A stretch of DNA of 64,000 nucleotides, taken from an uncultured Gammaproteobacteria bacterium. GTDB lineage: Bacteria > Patescibacteriota > Microgenomatia > Levybacterales > GWA1-39-11. The DNA lies in NCBI GenBank assembly GCA_964627245.1, contig CAZVGS010000001.1:25256-89255 (forward strand), in the 5' to 3' direction. Of this stretch, positions 63,530 through 64,000 are shown one piece after another. How positions within the stretch are numbered: position 1 is the stretch's first letter; every line of letters starts with the position of its first letter. The position numbers were made by a program, and so were the translations under genes. The notes beneath the pieces are model-generated. The model saw only the letters and a program-made list of their open reading frames with translations. It was not told where the DNA came from and made no database searches.

Positions 63530-64000
63530 ATGACAGCATTCTATTTAGTGAGACATGGACAGAAAGAGGCAATTCCTTTTGACCCACCACTAACAGCGGT
63601 CGGTGTAAAACAAGCAGAAGTTACAGCAGAACTCTTGAAAGCTGTTTCATTTAAGGAAGTTCTCGCTAGTCCCAAGCTGAGAACTAAACAAACCGCAGAG
63701 ATTATAGCCAAATCTCACTCTCTGAATGTAATTACTGATGAGAGATTGATAGAGCGTCTTGAATGGGAAAACGATGAGTCTTTTGACGAGTTCATAGAAG
63801 AATGGAACAAAACAGATATTGATAGGTCTTATCATCCCAAAAAAGGCATGTCTTCAAAGACAAATGGTGAAAGAATGAAAAATATTCTGGATGAGCTGGC
63901 TGAGAAATATAAAGATGGGAATATTCTTATTGTTTCACATGGAGGCACAATAGGTGACCTATTAAGGAATTTATTTACAGAGGAAGCTATTGAGCATAAG
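63530..64000 (+). CDS. Histidine phosphatase family protein (phosphoglycerate-mutase-like), 3' end runs off window
   Basis: Own translation from ATG at 63530 gives MTAFYLVRHGQKEAIPFDPPLTAVGVKQAE...SHGGTIGDLL. The RHG motif and a C-terminal His are present. Confidence 0.75.
   Translation, partial: MTAFYLVRHGQKEAIPFDPPLTAVGVKQAEVTAELLKAVSFKEVLASPKLRTKQTAEIIAKSHSLNVITDERLIERLEWENDESFDEFIEEWNKTDIDRSYHPKKGMSSKTNGERMKNILDELAEKYKDGNILIVSHGGTIGDLLRNLFTEEAIEHK

Noticed and set aside
1-64000. CRISPR arrays, rRNA genes, transposases/integrases
   Set aside because: No regularly spaced direct repeats, no rRNA-like conserved stretches and no DDE/tyrosine-recombinase-like ORFs were seen by eye. The excisionase-type HTH at 45792-45980 lacks any partner integrase nearby, so it is interpreted as a regulator.

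Overview
This 64 kb window looks like a low-GC, gene-dense bacterial chromosome segment with reduced-genome, CPR/Patescibacteria-like traits. That placement is my inference from gene content and is not a database result. There are about 60 protein genes and 14 tRNAs. Housekeeping content includes the conserved thrS-infC-rpmI-rplT-pheS-pheT operon. Here ThrRS lacks the N-terminal editing region and trigger factor lacks the PPIase domain. Obg, RarA, zwf-gnd, an RRM RNA-binding protein, a Mur ligase and a D-Ala-D-Ala carboxypeptidase are also present. Five accessory blocks stand out. (1) A cell-surface module at 24.7-30.0 kb has two paralogous TasA/camelysin-like proteins with SipW-cognate 'TFAFxSDTETS' signal peptides. 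Next comes a SipW-type signal peptidase fused in frame to a third SipW-substrate-like domain, then a sortase and an LASTG sorting-signal protein. (2) A ~16 kb minus-strand glycan locus at 30.0-46.0 kb has two glycoside hydrolases, a COG4091 SAF-domain dehydrogenase, two large GT-C-like membrane proteins, four GT2/GT4 enzymes, a Wzx-like flippase fused to GT4, and a tandem GT2 with a processive QxxRW synthase domain. A small excisionase-family HTH gene sits at its head. (3) A flavinylation / extracytosolic electron-transfer module at 53.7-57.1 kb has an FMN-binding protein, ApbE, a membrane-anchored FNR-like reductase and a cupredoxin-fold protein with no cysteine. (4) A metal block follows: a Fur/Zur-family regulator whose perfect palindromic box fills the 17-bp spacer of its own consensus, leaderless promoter, then a ZIP transporter and a metzincin protease. 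(5) Two small ORFs carry near-identical leader modules of consensus promoter, intrinsic terminator and strong SD. Partial tRNA duplicates recur beside intact tRNAs. I saw no CRISPR array, rRNA or obvious transposase.
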